From assembly GCA_964016885.1 (NCBI GenBank), contig OZ024740.1:149668001-149732000 (forward strand): a DNA stretch of 64,000 nt, given 5' to 3'. The DNA is from Eledone cirrhosa (taxonomy: Eukaryota). Positions 1 through 14,597 of the stretch are shown one piece after another; positions within the stretch are counted from its first letter, which is position 1; every line of letters begins with the position of its first letter. Below the pieces are notes generated by a model, which did no database searches, had not been told where the DNA came from, and worked only from the letters and a program-made list of their open reading frames with translations. Made by a program: the position numbers and the translations under genes.

Positions 1-632
1 AACCGTGCACCGAATCTCCCTGCAACAAGTCTTAACACCCCGGCGGGTCGGCGCTGCAACATAACACCCAAGAAACTATCCTTGCGTACCAGACCCAGCC
101 TCAAACGACTCAGACAAACAGATGCGGCAAAAAAACTCTCAAAATAAGCGTTGATTACATACGTATCGACAATGGTAAGGTTGTAACCCCATCTCGTAGC
201 GGATAAAAAAATTTGTCCGGGAAAGACTTCCCTAACAACGGCCAGAGTTACCTCCCTTGACCTGCTGCAAAATCAAAACAAGCTATTTTTGCGATCAATG
301 AACCTTGACGTGGATTTAACCCCAAAAACTCTTTCCGAGTTTCCGAGCAATGTAAGGAACACTTTTGATTATTTATGCTCTTGAGAAGTCCAACTGGGTG
401 AAACGTACGTATGTGCTGTTTTAAATAAACATGTTTTTAACGGTCTATTCTCCGATTTCTTACTTTCCACGTGCTTACGCTCTGCTAACTCTCTAGCCCA
501 CTAAATATTAACACTTCGAATATTTAATACTGCCGGCACTAGTATCGAGCACCTTTGGCATACGCTACTTGGCAAATAACTATATGTATCACCTATCCTC
601 CCCTTTTTTTTCTCTCTCTCGATACGTAAATA

Positions 633-721
<89 letters not shown>

Positions 722-724
<3 letters not shown>

Positions 725-929
725 ACGAAGGAAATGTGGTAAGGAACCAAGTGCACCATAACGCACCAAAGTACTCAATACTTAGGGTAGTAGAGTGGGT
801 AATAGGAACGAGTAGGACCCCGACGGCTGAGCTCAAGCCGTTTCGACGGCTAATTCTGGACTAAAATGTTTTTAGTCCAGAATTAGCCGTCGAAACGGCT
901 TGAGCTCACCCGTCGGGGTCCTACTCGTT

Positions 930-932
<3 letters not shown>
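722..932. repeat. Fold-back non-autonomous element in (TA)n; family copies at 14041-14253 and 45630-45820
   Basis: Near-perfect palindrome 805-932 (GGAACGAGTAGGACCCCGACGG...CCGTCGGGGTCCTACTCGTTCC) plus a shared unique tail; TA runs on both sides. Confidence 0.8.
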
Positions 933-986
<54 letters not shown>

Positions 987-1021
987 GGATTTTAATGGAT
1001 ACAGTTTAGTTAAAGGGAATT

Positions 1022-1140
1022 TATTGACACGTGTTTCTATAACAGTTACATAACCTGAAAACAGCTGCTATCTACAAAGTATTAGTTATGCAGACATTCA
1101 ATATTTCAATGTTATTATCAACTGTCATTTCATCGGAATA
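1022..1140 (-). ncRNA. Hammerhead ribozyme-like motif with long stem II in the PLE pLTR (core variant CCGAUGA)
   Basis: Minus strand reads TATT-CCGATGA-AATGACAGTT...AACTGTTATA-GAAAC-ACGT-GTC-AATA-AA, with a GUC cleavage triplet. Confidence 0.65.
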
Positions 1141-1658
1141 ATTTTACTGAGGACCTGTTTGGTTTTTATAGAGAATATTAGGAGGGAGGGGTGAAGTTGT
1201 TAGAAGAATAGTTGAGGGAGTGGTTTTTTGATAGCAGTGAGAATTTTTGGTGGCAGTGAGTAATTATATTCCCATCTGTTGTTTTGACATTTTTATAGAA
1301 TATATTATTGGTTATTTTTCTAAATCTATAGAAGGATTAGAGATAGTATAGATATGCGTGGTTGGTTTTGTGTTTGCACTTAATTAACATTCAGACTTAA
1401 ATTTTTCTTTCAAGTGTACGTATCCTTTCGCCCACGCATTCACACACAAACATATATGCACACCTCTACAAAATACATATACTCACATACACATACTTAC
1501 ATGCTCATACTTACATACATATACACATGCATACATATATATATATACACATATATACATGTACATACATACGGGTTCATGTGTATACATTTTCATACTC
1601 AACTTATCTTTATATACACACGTATAGACACACACATATATAAACACATACTCCAGTC

Positions 1659-1723
<65 letters not shown>

Positions 1724-1997
1724 ACTTTAATACATGAATGCACTTACATCTAACTATACACATCAAACATATATATATATTTACTTATTTATATACATTT
1801 TCACATATATATACATACTTATGGTCGCTTTTAGACACATTCAATATAGCATATTTGCACCTATTTTCATCAGCATATTTTTCCATCATTAGTGTGGTAA
1901 TTTAAGGTTATTAATATACATATATATGTTGAGAAGAGATTGTTTTTATATTTTTCTAACTAGATTGAGGTTTATATAGTTGGGGGATGTCCCTCTT

Positions 1998-4150
1998 TTA
2001 TGTAATATTCAGCTTGTAGTGGGAAAAAAGGGTTTTAGTTCGGTGACGGCAGAATAATGTTCGTTCAATTCTGTTATTCAGCAATTTCCTCTTGTGTGTG
2101 ATTATGTAATAGATCTCAAGATTACACAATTTGCAGAAATTTTGGCTCCTGGAAAAGCTTTGGGTTTTAGCTAATTTCTCCCATTTTAGGGTAAACTTTT
2201 GATCGCTATCCCTGAGCGTCCAAGCTTTTTCTGCTAAAGTTGTTACATTTCTTTGGCTCTGGTGTTTTATTGAGTAAGAATGCCTATATAATCGAGATTT
2301 AAACGATGTTGCCGTTGATCCCACGTAATACCACTCGTTGTCTCCGGAGTTAATGGTACACTTATAAATAATATTTTTTTCCAGGCAGTTATTGCCGAGG
2401 GGGCAGTTGTCAGGATAGGTGCAGTTACAGTTGTGTACGTTGGGTTTTCTCTGGAGTAGTATTGCGGACGAACTTAGGTGTGGTTTATTTGTTCTGTAGT
2501 GTATTGTCTACTGTTTTTTTTGTGTTCTTTGTACTTAAGTTTTTAGTGTTTTCGTTTAACCTTCTAGTATTGATCTTTTTTATGTGTTGTTCAAGGTTTA
2601 ACGTTGTAGAGTATGACAGTCTTATAGTGGTAGGGTTTAGGATTTTGTGGTATTTGTGTGATGTAGGAAAATGTCTCTTAATTATTTTAAAGAAGAGTAC
2701 TGGTAAATTTGTACTAATGGAACTATTGTATTCAGGGTTATACCATAAGTACTCTTTGCATCGCTTTCTATTAGTTTTGTTTGTTGGTTTACTGGTGTGT
2801 ATACTATGGTAGTAAGTGTGGTTTGGTGTTGTGTTATTATATCTACCTATGTGGGATTTATTTTGAGTGTTTCGATTGTTCTCATCTATATACTCTATTT
2901 TGTTGAGGTAGCCTGCTTTACTAAGGGCGTTATCGTAGTACTCGGCGTGTTCCTTAAATACTTGTATGCTAGAAGATAGACCCGAGATTCTAAGGGAAAT
3001 ATTTTTAGGGATAGATTTAATTATAGAGATGGGGTGGTTAGACCCAACATTTACGTACTTGAGATTTTCATTCAATTTATGAAACGGTTTAATCAAACCA
3101 GAGTTTAAATTGAGTGTGACATCCAGGAAGTTAACTACTTTAAGGTTGTATTCATATGTTATAGTTAGTCCTATTTTGAGTAGTAGTTTTCTTATATCTT
3201 TGCGTAGTTTTTCTAGTTTTTGGTTATTTAGGTTTTTAACTAGGAGGAGAACATCGTCGCGGTATATTCCGCCGTGGAGATTGCTGAATTTTTCCTGGAG
3301 TCTAAAGGCGATAAATAACCCCACAATATCAGTTATTTCCGCCGAATCGTTAGAGCCCATTGTTATGTCAAAGCTAGAGGGTCTATCTTTACGTACCCAA
3401 TAACTGTTCTCAAATTTGACTATAGTTTTCCTAGCTTCTAATATAATCTTAATTTCATCGTTTGTAAGGTCAGAGTTATCCTTAGCAAACTTAATGGCTC
3501 TATTCAAAGTTTTAGGTGATATCGATGAGTAATATTCGTCGATATCAAACTGGATAAACTTAGATTTGTTCTTATTGCTAATGCTATTAAACCATCTTAT
3601 TGCTTCTTGGGTCTTCCCCCAGAGTTTAATGTTAACCTTAGCCTTAATTTGGGGGATGATTCTATCTAAGATATATTTGCTTATTTTACCTATATCTGAT
3701 TTAGAGGGGCAGATTAATCTAATTTTAGGGTCATTATCAAAGTTTACCTTATGGTCCTTAAGATTGAAGGTGGGTACCGCCGGTAAGAGTGGTCCTGTCC
3801 TATCTTCGATCCCGAGATTTTTCACTATTTCGCATGCCTCATCATTGATGTGCTTAAGAGTTACTTCATTCGTTTTTCTATATTTTTTATGTAATTCTTT
3901 TCAAATGAAGTTGTTGTATGTAGTGCAGTCCATAGTATACAGGTTTGATGTTTTGTCCGCTTTTACTACAATTCCTTTGGTGTTTTTAAGGTCGTCCAGT
4001 AGTTTTTTAATATCTTTCTGTAATTTGTTGTTGGTGTTACGTCCTTTGAATTTAATTTTAAGGATTAAGTCCATAAGGTCCTGCTCAAATGCATCTAATA
4101 GTGGGTTGGTGGGTGCGTTTTTACACGTTCTAAAACCAAATTTGTTGTTT
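1998..4150 (-). pseudogene. PLE RT-GIY-YIG ORF with one in-frame TGA (3901-3903) and one frameshift near 2480-2525
   Basis: The frame reads YNNFI*KELHKKYRKTNEVTLKHINDEACEIVKNL through the TGA. The GIY-YIG frame is shifted relative to the RT frame, and an A-run near 2514-2521 is the likely slip site. Confidence 0.85.
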
Positions 4151-4258
4151 ACACCACTTTCCGATGGTGAGTTCATACGGCTTCTATCACAGTGCAAACT
4201 CTACGTGAGCTGTCCATCTACTGTGTGTAATATTTATATTACAACACTACGGAAAATA

Positions 4259-4364
<106 letters not shown>

Positions 4365-4564
4365 TTAGCGAGATTGCATTTCGGCGGGTAGAAATTACCG
4401 AAACGCAACTTCCATATTGTGCAGACAAGCGCTCCATGGATATGAAGAAGATACCAGAGCTATAAATATAAGTTCAAATGGTCATACACGCTGAGACGAT
4501 GGTTAAGAAGCCATTAACCACCATAGCCAAAAAAAGCGAACAAGCTAAACGGGTCAAACAAAAT

Positions 4565-6140
<1,576 letters not shown>

Positions 6141-6204
6141 TGTCCCAATGTTCTGATACTATCAACACTATAAACACAGAGCTGGCATATCTAAGAACTG
6201 ACTA

Positions 6205-6260
6205 ACTGCCTGATGAGGTCATAGCCATTCAATGGCTATCATCGAAATATATATAGCAGT
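6205..6260 (+). ncRNA. Minimal type I hammerhead ribozyme
   Basis: ACTGC-CTGATGA-GGTCATAGCCATTCAATGGCTATCATC-GAAA-TATATATA-GCAGT. Stem I is ACTGC/GCAGT, stem II is a hairpin, stem III is palindromic, and AATAAA follows. Confidence 0.8.
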
Positions 6261-6354
6261 AAATAAAGGATTATGAGTTTATGCAATTGACTTATGTTTC
6301 GTCACTATATATATATACATATATATATATAATCGTCTTTTTCTCCCTGTTTTC

Positions 6355-6385
<31 letters not shown>

Positions 6386-6460
6386 ATATTATATATATAT
6401 TATATATATATATAACAATAAAAAGGACGATTTGTTATGTCTTGATTACGTTTATTGAGT

Positions 6461-6544
6461 AGTGAAGCGCGTTTCGCAATTGATCAGCTCAAGGTTCGAT
6501 CTGTATCGATTACCCCGACTCTGGAATGAAAAGCTCGTCGGACC
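6461..6544 (-). ncRNA. Degenerate hammerhead-like motif
   Basis: GGT-CCGACGA-GC...GC-GAAAC-GCGC-TTC-ACT followed by AATAAA; the core is mutated. Confidence 0.4.
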
Positions 6545-6783
6545 TCTGTTGCGGTAATGACAGAATATATATATATTTACTGTAATGCTGAATGCAACAA
6601 TTTCTTTAAATAAAACATAATCATTTACAAAAATGTTTAATGTTTACATTCTTTTACCATTCTGCTGCAAATAATCACTCATGTCAATGCCTCACACTTC
6701 AAAAAAGAAAAAACATTGACTCCATCCTACAATAAATTGACGTTTATAATGGCGAAATTTTGGAGCCATCAACGCATATTTGA

Positions 6784-6857
<74 letters not shown>

Positions 6858-6910
6858 GGAAAAAATGAAACGAAATTTCATTTCCCACTCTTAGTACGGC
6901 TGTTACTTAA

Positions 6911-7164
6911 ATACAAGTATGTACGCGTACATACATATATGTATACAGACGTACAGTAGTATGTATATATATATACATACATGCACACATATATATATGT
7001 ACGTATGGATTCACGGAACATTTATTATAATGCTCAGTGTGTTTGTATTATAATAAATGTTCGGTGAATCCATACGTACATATATATATATGTGTGCATG
7101 TATGTATATATATATACATACTACTGTACGTCTGTATACATATATGTATGTACGTGTACATACT

Positions 7165-7169
<5 letters not shown>
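6911..7169. repeat. ~260-bp palindrome
   Basis: Arms ATACAAGTATGTACG...GGATTCACGGAACATTTATTATAAT and ATTATAATAAATGTTCGGTGAATCC...CATACTTGTAT, with a short spacer. Confidence 0.9.
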
Positions 7170-7223
<54 letters not shown>

Positions 7224-7639
7224 TTTTTTTTCTCTCTCTCTCTCTCTCGTCTGCGACTTCACAGAACTTATGTTTACCGAATTCGCAGACCATACCCCTT
7301 CTTCCTCCCGTTAGACCTGTGCCAAATTCCTTCCTTGCTCACATTTCAACCAGGTTTGATGGTCTTTCGTCTCTCGTTCACAATTTCACCGAGTTTATAT
7401 TCATAGAAATCTGGGACTTGTCTCTTTCTTCTCACTTTCTGTTGCTTAAACCATTTTGTTTGTTCACCCTAGCGTCCCCTTTATTTACGTGTCCCAACGA
7501 CTTTTTTTAGCCGTTGTTCGCACCAACCTGAGGCATATGGCCTTTAAAGTGATGAAATGCCTAGGACGGTTGGAAGGCCACTGACGAAGGACTTACTTTT
7601 TCATATGTAACCCATTTGCAACGCCGCAGCTCCATTATT

Positions 7640-7689
<50 letters not shown>

Positions 7690-7691
<2 letters not shown>

Positions 7692-8008
7692 ACCCCCGGC
7701 ATTTGTGGTCCCGGTTACTTGCGGAATTTTCCTTAGAATCTAACTAATAATTGTTTGTGGTAACCACCGCAAATTCACGGAACCGTAAATATCTTCTGCG
7801 ATTTTCTTATGGCTTTTTTCGAGGCAATATATATTTTTTCACGCTTTTTAACGCTAAATTATTAATAACTATACCGTATTTGCCGGCCTACATTTTACGC
7901 TGTTTTGACGTTTATAAACACTTTTATGGGCCACGTCCGATATACGCGGTTTTTCACTCTTCGCTGGTGACCTAAGAACGTTAATCCCGCGAATACAGGG
8001 GGAAACTG

Positions 8009-8010
<2 letters not shown>
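7690..8010. mobile_element. Tc1/pogo-type MITE remnant in (TA)n
   Basis: Right end CCCGCGAATACAGGGGGAAACTG-TA; degenerate left end CCCCCGGCATTTGTGG. Confidence 0.45.
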
Positions 8011-8052
<42 letters not shown>

Positions 8053-8308
8053 ATGTGTTGGTAGCTTAATTGCTATAAATCAATGTCTTGTCTCTAGTCT
8101 CTTTCTGCACTGGGCAGCGTTTTGGTTATGTGAAACACTGTGACCTCGGATGGACCAGCAATACCGTTGGCAGGCGTCAAAACTGCCAAAGTTTTGTGTC
8201 CTTCGTTTGTATTTTTTTTTTTTTATTTTAAAAGTTTCCCCTTAAAAAATTGATTTTCGTTTTGTTTTGTTTCTGTTCGTTGTCTTATTCTCTTTGTTAC
8301 TTTTCTAA

Positions 8309-8357
<49 letters not shown>

Positions 8358-8367
<10 letters not shown>

Positions 8368-8580
8368 AGATCAAAAGATGGTTAAAAGAGTTCCATGTAT
8401 TTTATTATGCGCATTTCAAAAACAAATATCTTCATGCAAGTGTGTTTTAACCTTCATATCATGTCTCCCTATTTTATCTGACGAAAACGCAAATGTTATT
8501 GCATGATGATATTTGTTTTTGAAATGCGCATAATAAAATACATGGAACTCTTTTAACCATCTTTTGATCTTATATATTAT
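8358..8580. repeat. Inverted-repeat cassette (~80-bp arms) containing a hammerhead
   Basis: ATAATATATAAGATCAAAAGATGGTTAAAAGAGTTCCATG... is mirrored at 8500-8580. Confidence 0.9.
8470..8540 (+). ncRNA. Minimal type I hammerhead ribozyme
   Basis: TATTTTAT-CTGACGA-AAACGCAAATGTTATTGCATGATGATATTTGTTTTT-GAAA-TGCGCA-TA-ATAAAATA. Stem I is 8 bp, stem III is the palindrome ATGCGCAT, and the triplet is AUA. Confidence 0.8.
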
Positions 8581-11500
8581 TTATACTCCAGTCCTACAAA
8601 CTGTAGAGTGCTTCTTATCCGATATCTACATTGCTTTACTGTACTACAATAAAACTCACCTCCTACATATATATATATATATATTAATGAATATGAAGAC
8701 AAGGTGCTACCGTTTCATATATTGATTTATTGAATAAGCTGTCGTTATGAGTATTTGCGGAATGATTACCAACCATTACGTAATATTAATTTGGAGAGAC
8801 ACGCTTTCTTCACATGGTTTGTGAAAACAAACAAAATAATTACATAACGGTTGTGATCTATATATATACAGACCTGTCAACTTTTCCCGTCCGGCGGAGA
8901 GATCTTCCACCCACTTGGGGGTGGATGAGAGATGTTTTCTCTTGTGAAGGGCTTTCATTATGTAAAATCTCCCCATTTTGCCTCATTTCTCCCCGTTTTG
9001 GGGCATTTTTTTTTCATGGGAGTCCCGTTTGCGTTTTTAGAAGTTGGCAGATCTGTATATATATATATATATATATTAAAAAAACGCGATAATATTGCTT
9101 TTTGCTGAACTCCTTACATTGTAGAGTTTTTTTCGGAATGTGTTTGACTGTTGTTTCATGTAAACAGACATTCGTCTCGTTCTGACGTCACCAGCCATGT
9201 CTGTGCATGTGCGTTTATTTTCATAATTACGCATGATGTTGAACTAGCCTGCTTTTAAGTTCCCTTTTTGGCATATTATAAACAGTGGTACTTTGATTAT
9301 CGTGTCTTTGAGCTCTGTTGATGATCGATTCCAACCGTGACCATCCCCACTGAAAGTTTCGTGAAATAGTCTTTTTAAGACTATACATAGCATTTGTAGT
9401 TTTTCCAAATTGAAGGATGAGTATTTTAGACTTTATTTTATTGTGAGTTAAAGCTCTATTGATTTTTCCCTGGATTTCACTAAATTCTGTGGATGAATCT
9501 ATATCCTGATTCTTTTTGAATTGAGTTTGAATTATTTTCTCACATCTTACGTTAACTATTTTTCCATTTTGACGTTATAGTCACTTATATATAATGAAAT
9601 ACTGTTGGCTTCTTGCTCACAATAATTTCTATACTTTTCATTTATATATATATATATATTTAAAGTAAACAGAACAAAAAAAAAACAAAAAAAACAAGAA
9701 AACGTGGAAGCGAATATATATATATATATGTATGTATGTGAGTAGCTTGTTGGTCGAGTAATGGCAACTGTGTAAGTGAAGAGTGTCTCAGTGAGTCAAG
9801 AAGAGTTTTGTCATGTTCTAGGAAACAAGTAATTGTACTTGCTCGTTGTGGTGTGACATTACTGCGGGGAAGATGATTTTCTCAAATCACATGGCTAAGA
9901 ATTAACAAATGAACAAGCTAATTTTAATGATTTTATTTGTAACATGTGCAGCAATGAACAATGGAAAACGATGCATGTATAGATACAGTATTTTATATGT
10001 TAAAATGTAGAATACAAAGTAAATCTTATTAACCTGGTCGCAAACTCAGCTAGCAAGGCTGTCTAACGATGTGTGTGTGTTGACATTGCTTGGCTGGCCA
10101 AACAAACTATCTGTTGAAGAGTAGGGAGGCAATCTGTATTTTGTGGAGTCGAAAAGCAGACAATTCAGGGTGGGTCAAAAATCTCTTGGATATATTAGAA
10201 TTATGTTGACCAAAAACATTGAACAGATGCTCTTTTCTACCCTTTTCGGACACTCTGGAGCTGTAGTCTTCTATAAGAGAATATTATGTAGGTTTTGGGC
10301 TCTCATGTCAAAGGTCAGTCTTTTGGTGGTCATGTATGGCAGGTGAACAAAACCATTGTGGAAGAAATATGTTCATAGCAAAATACATTACTCTGTTCCA
10401 CTAATCAATCAACGTTCCTCTAAAGGTCAGTAAAGCAGAAATTCCATAAAACCTATCAGGCGTTAGATGAGAGTATACAGCGCTGGATTAAGTTCTGTTG
10501 TTGTTTTAAACACTTAAAAGATTATAATGCCCTCCATATATAAAGTTTGCAAAAAAAAAAAGAAAAAAATTTCTAGATGATAAATTCTTATTTTGCTTAA
10601 TTGCTAATCCAGCCCCGATTCTATGACGCACTCTCATTTATTAGTGGAGATGATATACTTTGTGGAGATCTGGATAACCTGCTTTATGCTATTTAATTCA
10701 ACGAATCAGATTTCTGATTTCAAATTAGATCTGAATTCATTCCAGAGCCTGACGGTAATATGTCATTTCAGCTGCAACTAGAATTATAAAGAGATCCATA
10801 TATATCATATGCACTTGAACTTTCATGATCGGATTAATCAATGGGTGATCAAAACCATCTGTGGGGTTTGAGATGTGGAAATTGTGGTATTCATAATTTT
10901 TCTAAGAGCATTATCAAATTAAGTAAAATAGCTACAACTAGGTTTGTATCTCGATGGTAGGAGGATTCGCTGGGATTCACTAATCAAGCTATACACGCTT
11001 TCTTCAGTAAAAATGAAAGCAATAATTGTAGAGTGGCATATATACGAATAGTATTGTACATTTGTATTCTAATTTACTTGTTAGTATTACTTGTTGCTGC
11101 TGTTTGCAGAAAGAGCCCTTTGCCTTCTTCAACAGTCAACGATAAGGTGGTCAATTTTTTAACTGGTGTAAATGAAAGAAGAGTTAGACAAACATTTATA
11201 ACAGAGTGGTGAAACAGTAAGGACTGCTAGTGGAGTGAATGGGTCGAATAAGTTGTTATTCAGCCTCAACAGCCGTGACAGAAGAGACCTATCATCAAAA
11301 ACGTTCTAGCCATGACTATGCCATCTTTGTTTTTTGGGGGTATAATGTATATGGGACTATATTATCTAACGTTTATCCTTTTTTACATTGGCAAAATGTG
11401 ATTTTAAGAAATTTAACTGCCATTTCTAGCTTGTTGCGCGACCACAAAAAAGAATCTAGATTAGCTCGTATAAAGATCCCACGAGTTTTAGTGGAATACT

Positions 11501-13050
11501 GCAAAGGTAGCAAATTAGCATTAACTTTATCGAATGTCGAGAGTTTTCATTGTATTTGTTAGTGTTTGTGGGTGGGTTTGAGGTAAACTTTTTCCTTAGA
11601 TGATATTTAATATGGGAAATGATACAAAAGAGAATGTTTTCTTCCAGTTTTAGCATCATTGATCTAAGCTATCGTTTCGCGTTACCATATCCATTAACAT
11701 AACATCGGCAGTTGCTTGAGATTTAAGTATTCTGGTAAGTTTATGATACATAGTTTGCATATACATTTTCTATGAACTGATACTGCAACTATCTGTAGTA
11801 TTTGAAATGTGACTATTTCATGGAAACTGAGAATAATAGAATGAAGGGGAATCAGATCTGAAGATTGGCTTTCGTATTCTCTGCTCTACATAACCAATTA
11901 CTCCACTCTACTTATTTATAAATGTGTTGCAGGGAATCCGCTTACAACTAGGTGGATTCGATTATTTTAGAAACAACACTGTATTCAAGACTGTTAACTT
12001 TAACTCCTACGTTTGCTGAAATTGGTTCACCAAGCTCGTTTCCTTAGATAAAATATTCGGTAGAACCCGGTTGAACCAATAATTTGAGGGAATCAACGTA
12101 ATCCTTACCTTGTATGATAGTAGTGGCGTAACTAATGGTTGGGTTACTTTTAGTCATTTTTTATGTGTATTGTGTTCTGTTTTTCAAGGAGGGGGTAGAC
12201 AAACTCAAGGACCATTCCGGGCGGCATAAACTCTAGCTACGCCAGAGTATAAGAGGATTTCAGTGTTTTAGATAGTCTCGGTGGTGTTGATTTTGAATTT
12301 GATTTAGAAAAATGAATCATCGGGCATGAAATATGATTCATTTTTTTCTGAATGCATTCAACCAAACAAAAACTAAACAGAAATAATTGTATCTGAAACA
12401 TCTAAACATTCTAAACATCTGAAACATCTGAAACATCTAATTGTATCTAAGACATCATTCACCGACACACAATGACCACTGGTTCACAGACATATATATA
12501 TGTGTGTGTGTGTTTTTTGTTTGTTTTTTTCGTTTGCCTGTCTGTCTGTAAAACAATTACATCATGAAAGAGCCATTTTATCTATTCGAGAACAAACAAT
12601 ATGTGTAGCATATACATCTTGTTTATTTCTTAATAACGATCACGACACTGATTTCTCGTGCATTGGAATCGTCTCAAATTCTAGTTCAACACAATTTCAA
12701 AGTAATTTAATGTTTGAAAAGTGTATTTGTTCAGTTGATTTGGGCAATTTTTTTTTTTTTCTTTTTACAAACGCTAGAAGGACGTGGCTGATTTAGTGCT
12801 TTGGTTTAAGAACTGTATCAATCTTATAAACTCTTTGATGTCTATTTTACTATGGTGTACGCCCGTAACCATTTGATGGATAAAAATCCCATTCAGAGTA
12901 TGCAATAAGTAACATTGCAACGACTAAGTACCAATTATGAAAACTAGTATAAAAACACACGCACTCACTTTTATCCACACGTGTTGACATGCACGGCGTT
13001 TTGGTGACAAAACTCTCTACCTATCAATTTACCTTTCACACACACACACA

Positions 13051-13086
<36 letters not shown>

Positions 13087-13129
13087 ATTTCTCTCTCAAT
13101 AACCACAATTACAACAACAACAACCTGTC

Positions 13130-13470
13130 ATAGTTACGTCCCTTTACGATCTGAGTTCAAATCCCGCCGAGGTTGACTTTGCCTTTCATCCTTACGGGGT
13201 CGATAAAATAAAGTACCAGTAATGCACTGAGTAATTGCTGGCCTTGTGCCTAAAGTAGAAACAATTATAGTGAAAGGGCGGTGGTTTGGTAGTATCGGAA
13301 GAGCATCAAACACCATGCTTTGCAGCATAGAGTTATGGCCCTTTACGTTCTGAGTTCAAATCCCACCGAGGTTAACTTTGTCTTTCATCCTTACAGGGTC
13401 GATAAAATCAAGTACCAGTAATGCCCTGGATAATTGCTGGCCATGTGCCAAAAGTCGAAAGAATTATTAT
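13130..13470 (+). mobile_element. Two tandem copies of the dominant tRNA-derived SINE. Other copies: 17958-18209, 40110-40300, 42550-42740 (-), 44148-44290 (-), 46510-46630, 47460-47590, 49290-49430, 51290-51500, 56560-56730 (-), 60295-60440
   Basis: B-box-like GAGTTCAAATCCC followed by GCCGAGGTYRACTTTGCCTTTCATCCTTACGGGGTCGATAAAATAAAGTACCAG in the copies. Confidence 0.9.
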
Positions 13471-13968
13471 GAAAGTCTTTTTTTTTAAGTCTGCGTTGCG
13501 TTGTCTATATGTTGAAGGACATACAAAAACACACAGAAATGCATTCACATACACTAACACTAAAAATAACTCTGTATTTTCCTTTGTTCAGACGTTACGT
13601 TTTAGTTAGTTAAAGAGAAGGAGAGATGGAGTGAGTGAGAGGTGGAGTAATATTTCCCTCCTCCCTCTATATGGAGAGAGCATGACGGGCGAACTGACCG
13701 AATTGTCCCGACTGCAGTTTCGCTGAGTAATTGCAGTATTGAGTACTGTGAGAAATCTCAGCTCATCAGGGAACTTCTCAATCAAGAAGAATTCTTCCAA
13801 GTTATGCGCTATCAGCAATAATTTCGAATGGAAGAATTATCACGTGATTTACAGACACCAGAAGGGCAGGGGTATGTGGACTATGGCAGGTAACGGGGCT
13901 GCTAGATAAAGCAGTCCGATTCAGCCAAATGTTATACTCTACCATAATGGAGTAATTAACAAAGTAAT

Positions 13969-14040
<72 letters not shown>

Positions 14041-14044
<4 letters not shown>

Positions 14045-14253
14045 CGAAGGAAATGTGGTAAGGAACCAGGTGGACCATAACGCACCAAAGTACTCAATAC
14101 TTAGGGTTAGTAGAGTGGGTAATAGGAACGAGTAGGACCCCGACGGCTGAGCTCAAGCCGTTTCGACGGCTAATTCCAGAATTTCGACGGCTAAGTCCAG
14201 AATTAGCCGTTGAAACGGCTTGAGCTCAGCCGTCGGGGTCCTACTCGTTCCTA
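14041..14253. repeat. Second copy of the 722-932 fold-back family
   Basis: Same tail and arms, different palindrome centre; TA-flanked. Confidence 0.85.
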
Positions 14254-14268
14254 TATATATATATATAT

Positions 14269-14371
<103 letters not shown>

Positions 14372-14452
14372 GGTAAACAGAAATAACAACACAGTCGGTA
14401 CAGTATATGGAAGAGATATATTAGGTTAACTCTTGATATAGCAGGAAGAGGG

Positions 14453-14488
14453 TCTTAACGTTTCGGACGCTAGTCCTTCATCAGAAGA
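14453..14488 (-). ncRNA. Minimal hammerhead ribozyme (PLE pLTR type)
   Basis: TCTT-CTGATGA-AGGACTAGCGTCC-GAAAC-GTTA-AGA. Confidence 0.8.
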
Positions 14489-14597
14489 AAGAATGAGAAA
14501 TAAGATAGATTGAGGGGACGGGCGAGCTGGAAAAAAAAAATATATATATACAATGATATTAAATAAATGGAAACTATATTTATAAAATCATATTTAT

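Larger units (their letters stand above)
985..4160 (-). mobile_element. Penelope-like retroelement, Naiad-type (RT + CxC-x5-C-x5-C linker + GIY-YIG), 5'-truncated, with 3' pseudo-LTR
   Basis: ORFs 3901-4197, 2485-3825 and 1998-2324 join into one reading path. Motifs: VKADKTSNLY, RLICPSKSDIGKISK, FIQFDIDEYYSSI, FDITMGSNDSAE, GIYRDDVL, NFLDVTL, then CNCTYPDNCPLGNNCLEKNIIY...YYVGST. Hammerhead plus AATAAA at the 3' end; (TA)n on both sides. Confidence 0.9.

Noticed and set aside
375-430. CTTGAGAA...GAAACGTACGTA hammerhead-like string
   Set aside because: The core deviates and stem I pairs poorly; at best a decayed pLTR.
13145-13175. tRNA T-arm-like GAGTTCAAATCCC
   Set aside because: It is a SINE B-box, with no cloverleaf.
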